From a virus (taxonomy: Duplodnaviria; Caudoviricetes), in the IMG/VR virus record IMGVR_UViG_3300020045_011032, positions 1 to 24,415 of that record: a DNA stretch of 24,415 nt; one strand, written 5' to 3'. Position 1 is the stretch's first letter, and the number at the start of each line of letters is the position of its first letter. Positions 23,212 to 24,415 of the stretch are shown in pieces. The translations under genes were made by a program, and so were the position numbers. Under the pieces are notes generated by a model. That model had not been told where the DNA came from. It did no database searches and saw only the letters and a program-made list of their open reading frames with translations.

Positions 23212-24415
23212 ATGAGTATAGAAGAAAACAAAGGAATTGAAGTATTTGGAACTACCGAAGTTTCATTAAAGGAGTTTATGGGAACAAGTAAAAAGAATTT
23301 GGTTGTGTTGGAAAACTATGACAAAGCCAAAGAAAATTTACTTGAATTGAAAGTTAAGCACGAAGCAAGAATTACGGAATTAATTGCTAAAGAACGTTTA
23401 ACTAAAGAAGAGTTAAAAGAGCTGACTGCTATTCGTGGAGAATTAAGAAGTCCAAGATATTTGATACAAAATCTAAAAAAAGATAATGCTTCTGTATTTG
23501 CTACTTATAGCAAAAACGATAAATCAAAATGGGATGATTTGATTGACATAAACGAACCATTGGAAGATACTGCTGATGTCAAAATTAAAGCAGAAGAAGT
23601 AATTATTCAAGCCGAAAAGGAAGCCGAAGCAAAAGCAGAAGAAGTTCGTGTTGAAAAAATCAAAACAGACATTGATAATATCGAAACTTACTGTTATGAA
23701 GTTATCCAAAAAATGACTTTTGAAAACTTGAAATCATCTACTGAATTAGTTGAACAAAGTTTGAATGGAGATTATGATTTCCAAGAGTACGATTTGCTTT
23801 TAGACCAAGTAAAAGAGCGAGTTGGTAATTCTTTGACGAACAAAACAAACGACATTACGGAACGTGAGAAACAACGTCAAGAGAATGAATCAATGAAAAA
23901 AGAGATTTTCGAGGTTCGTGTTTCAAGAATTTCAGAATATGGTTTTATTGCTGATGGAGATAATTTCTTTTCAGAAACATCAAAAATTGGAATACAAAAA
24001 TCTACGTTATTAGGAGTTGATGCAGTAGGATTTGAAAAAATAATTTCAAATTTAAAACAAGAAAAACTGGATGCCGAACAAGCCAAACGTGATGCTGAAC
24101 TTAAAAAGCAAAAAGACGAGCAGTTTGATGTTCGTAAAAATAGACTTGCTGAAATTGGGGTTTTACTAATAGATAGGGATGGAGAACTTTGGTTTGATTA
24201 TAAAGGACGCAGTGTTTGTCTTTTTAATAAAAGTTTTGGCTATAACGCTTCTATTTCAGAATTTGAGCAACTTTTTAACAAAGCTAAAAATGAAATTATT
24301 GATTTTGAAAAAAAACAAGAGGTAAAAAAACTTGAACATAGAAAATCAATAGTAAATGAGTTATGTGATGCACTTCCTACTGATTTTCCTTATAAAGATA
24401 TTTCTGTTTTGACTG
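23212..24415 (+). CDS. Long coiled-coil protein, truncated by the window end (>400 aa)
   Basis: Open frame MSIEENKGIEVFG... to the edge; E/K/A-rich; loose internal repeat FEVRVSRISEYG / FDVRKNRLAEIG. Confidence 0.75.
   Translation, partial: MSIEENKGIEVFGTTEVSLKEFMGTSKKNLVVLENYDKAKENLLELKVKHEARITELIAKERLTKEELKELTAIRGELRSPRYLIQNLKKDNASVFATYSKNDKSKWDDLIDINEPLEDTADVKIKAEEVIIQAEKEAEAKAEEVRVEKIKTDIDNIETYCYEVIQKMTFENLKSSTELVEQSLNGDYDFQEYDLLLDQVKERVGNSLTNKTNDITEREKQRQENESMKKEIFEVRVSRISEYGFIADGDNFFSETSKIGIQKSTLLGVDAVGFEKIISNLKQEKLDAEQAKRDAELKKQKDEQFDVRKNRLAEIGVLLIDRDGELWFDYKGRSVCLFNKSFGYNASISEFEQLFNKAKNEIIDFEKKQEVKKLEHRKSIVNELCDALPTDFPYKDISVLT

Noticed and set aside
1643-24086. Minus-strand and nested alternative-frame ORFs in the supplied track (e.g. 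1643-1840, 2211-2402, 5805-5993, 6988-7218, 10916-11119, 17154-17420, 23524-23709)
   Set aside because: They lie wholly or mostly within well-supported plus-strand genes and show no recognisable motifs; treated as shadow ORFs.
1-24415. Genome-wide TAG reassignment (genetic code 15), prompted by the in-frame TAG at 14718
   Set aside because: All large genes are intact under code 11, SSB ends at its conserved DLPF tip with TAG, and the other broken gene has TAA.

Overview
AT-rich, all-plus-strand segment of a tailed dsDNA phage or prophage. The host is very likely Bacteroidota (Flavobacteriia-like), based on TAnnTTTG promoters, A-rich start regions without Shine-Dalgarno sites and a Bacteroidota-style lipoprotein signal. 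Order: (1) HTH gene, small ORFs, lambda GpA-type large terminase; (2) terminator, promoter and structured leader, then gpW-like adaptor, lambda-type portal, BppU-like protein, fibre-like protein, SGNH esterase lipoprotein; (3) lysis region with a 43-aa peptide ending IGGRPNDR, three membrane proteins, an amidase endolysin and a spanin-like protein; (4) terminator and inverted-repeat-flanked promoter, many small early genes, then HTH, Phg_2220_C-like protein, HNH, DnaB-like helicase, RusA-like, ASCH, HNH/NinG-like, C5 methyltransferase and SSB; (5) palindromic promoter and a truncated coiled-coil gene. No capsid, protease, tail tube, tape measure, integrase, tRNA or CRISPR array was recognised. 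Best novel-system candidate: the peptide plus coupled membrane protein at the head of the lysis cassette. All calls come from reading motifs by eye; no searches were run.
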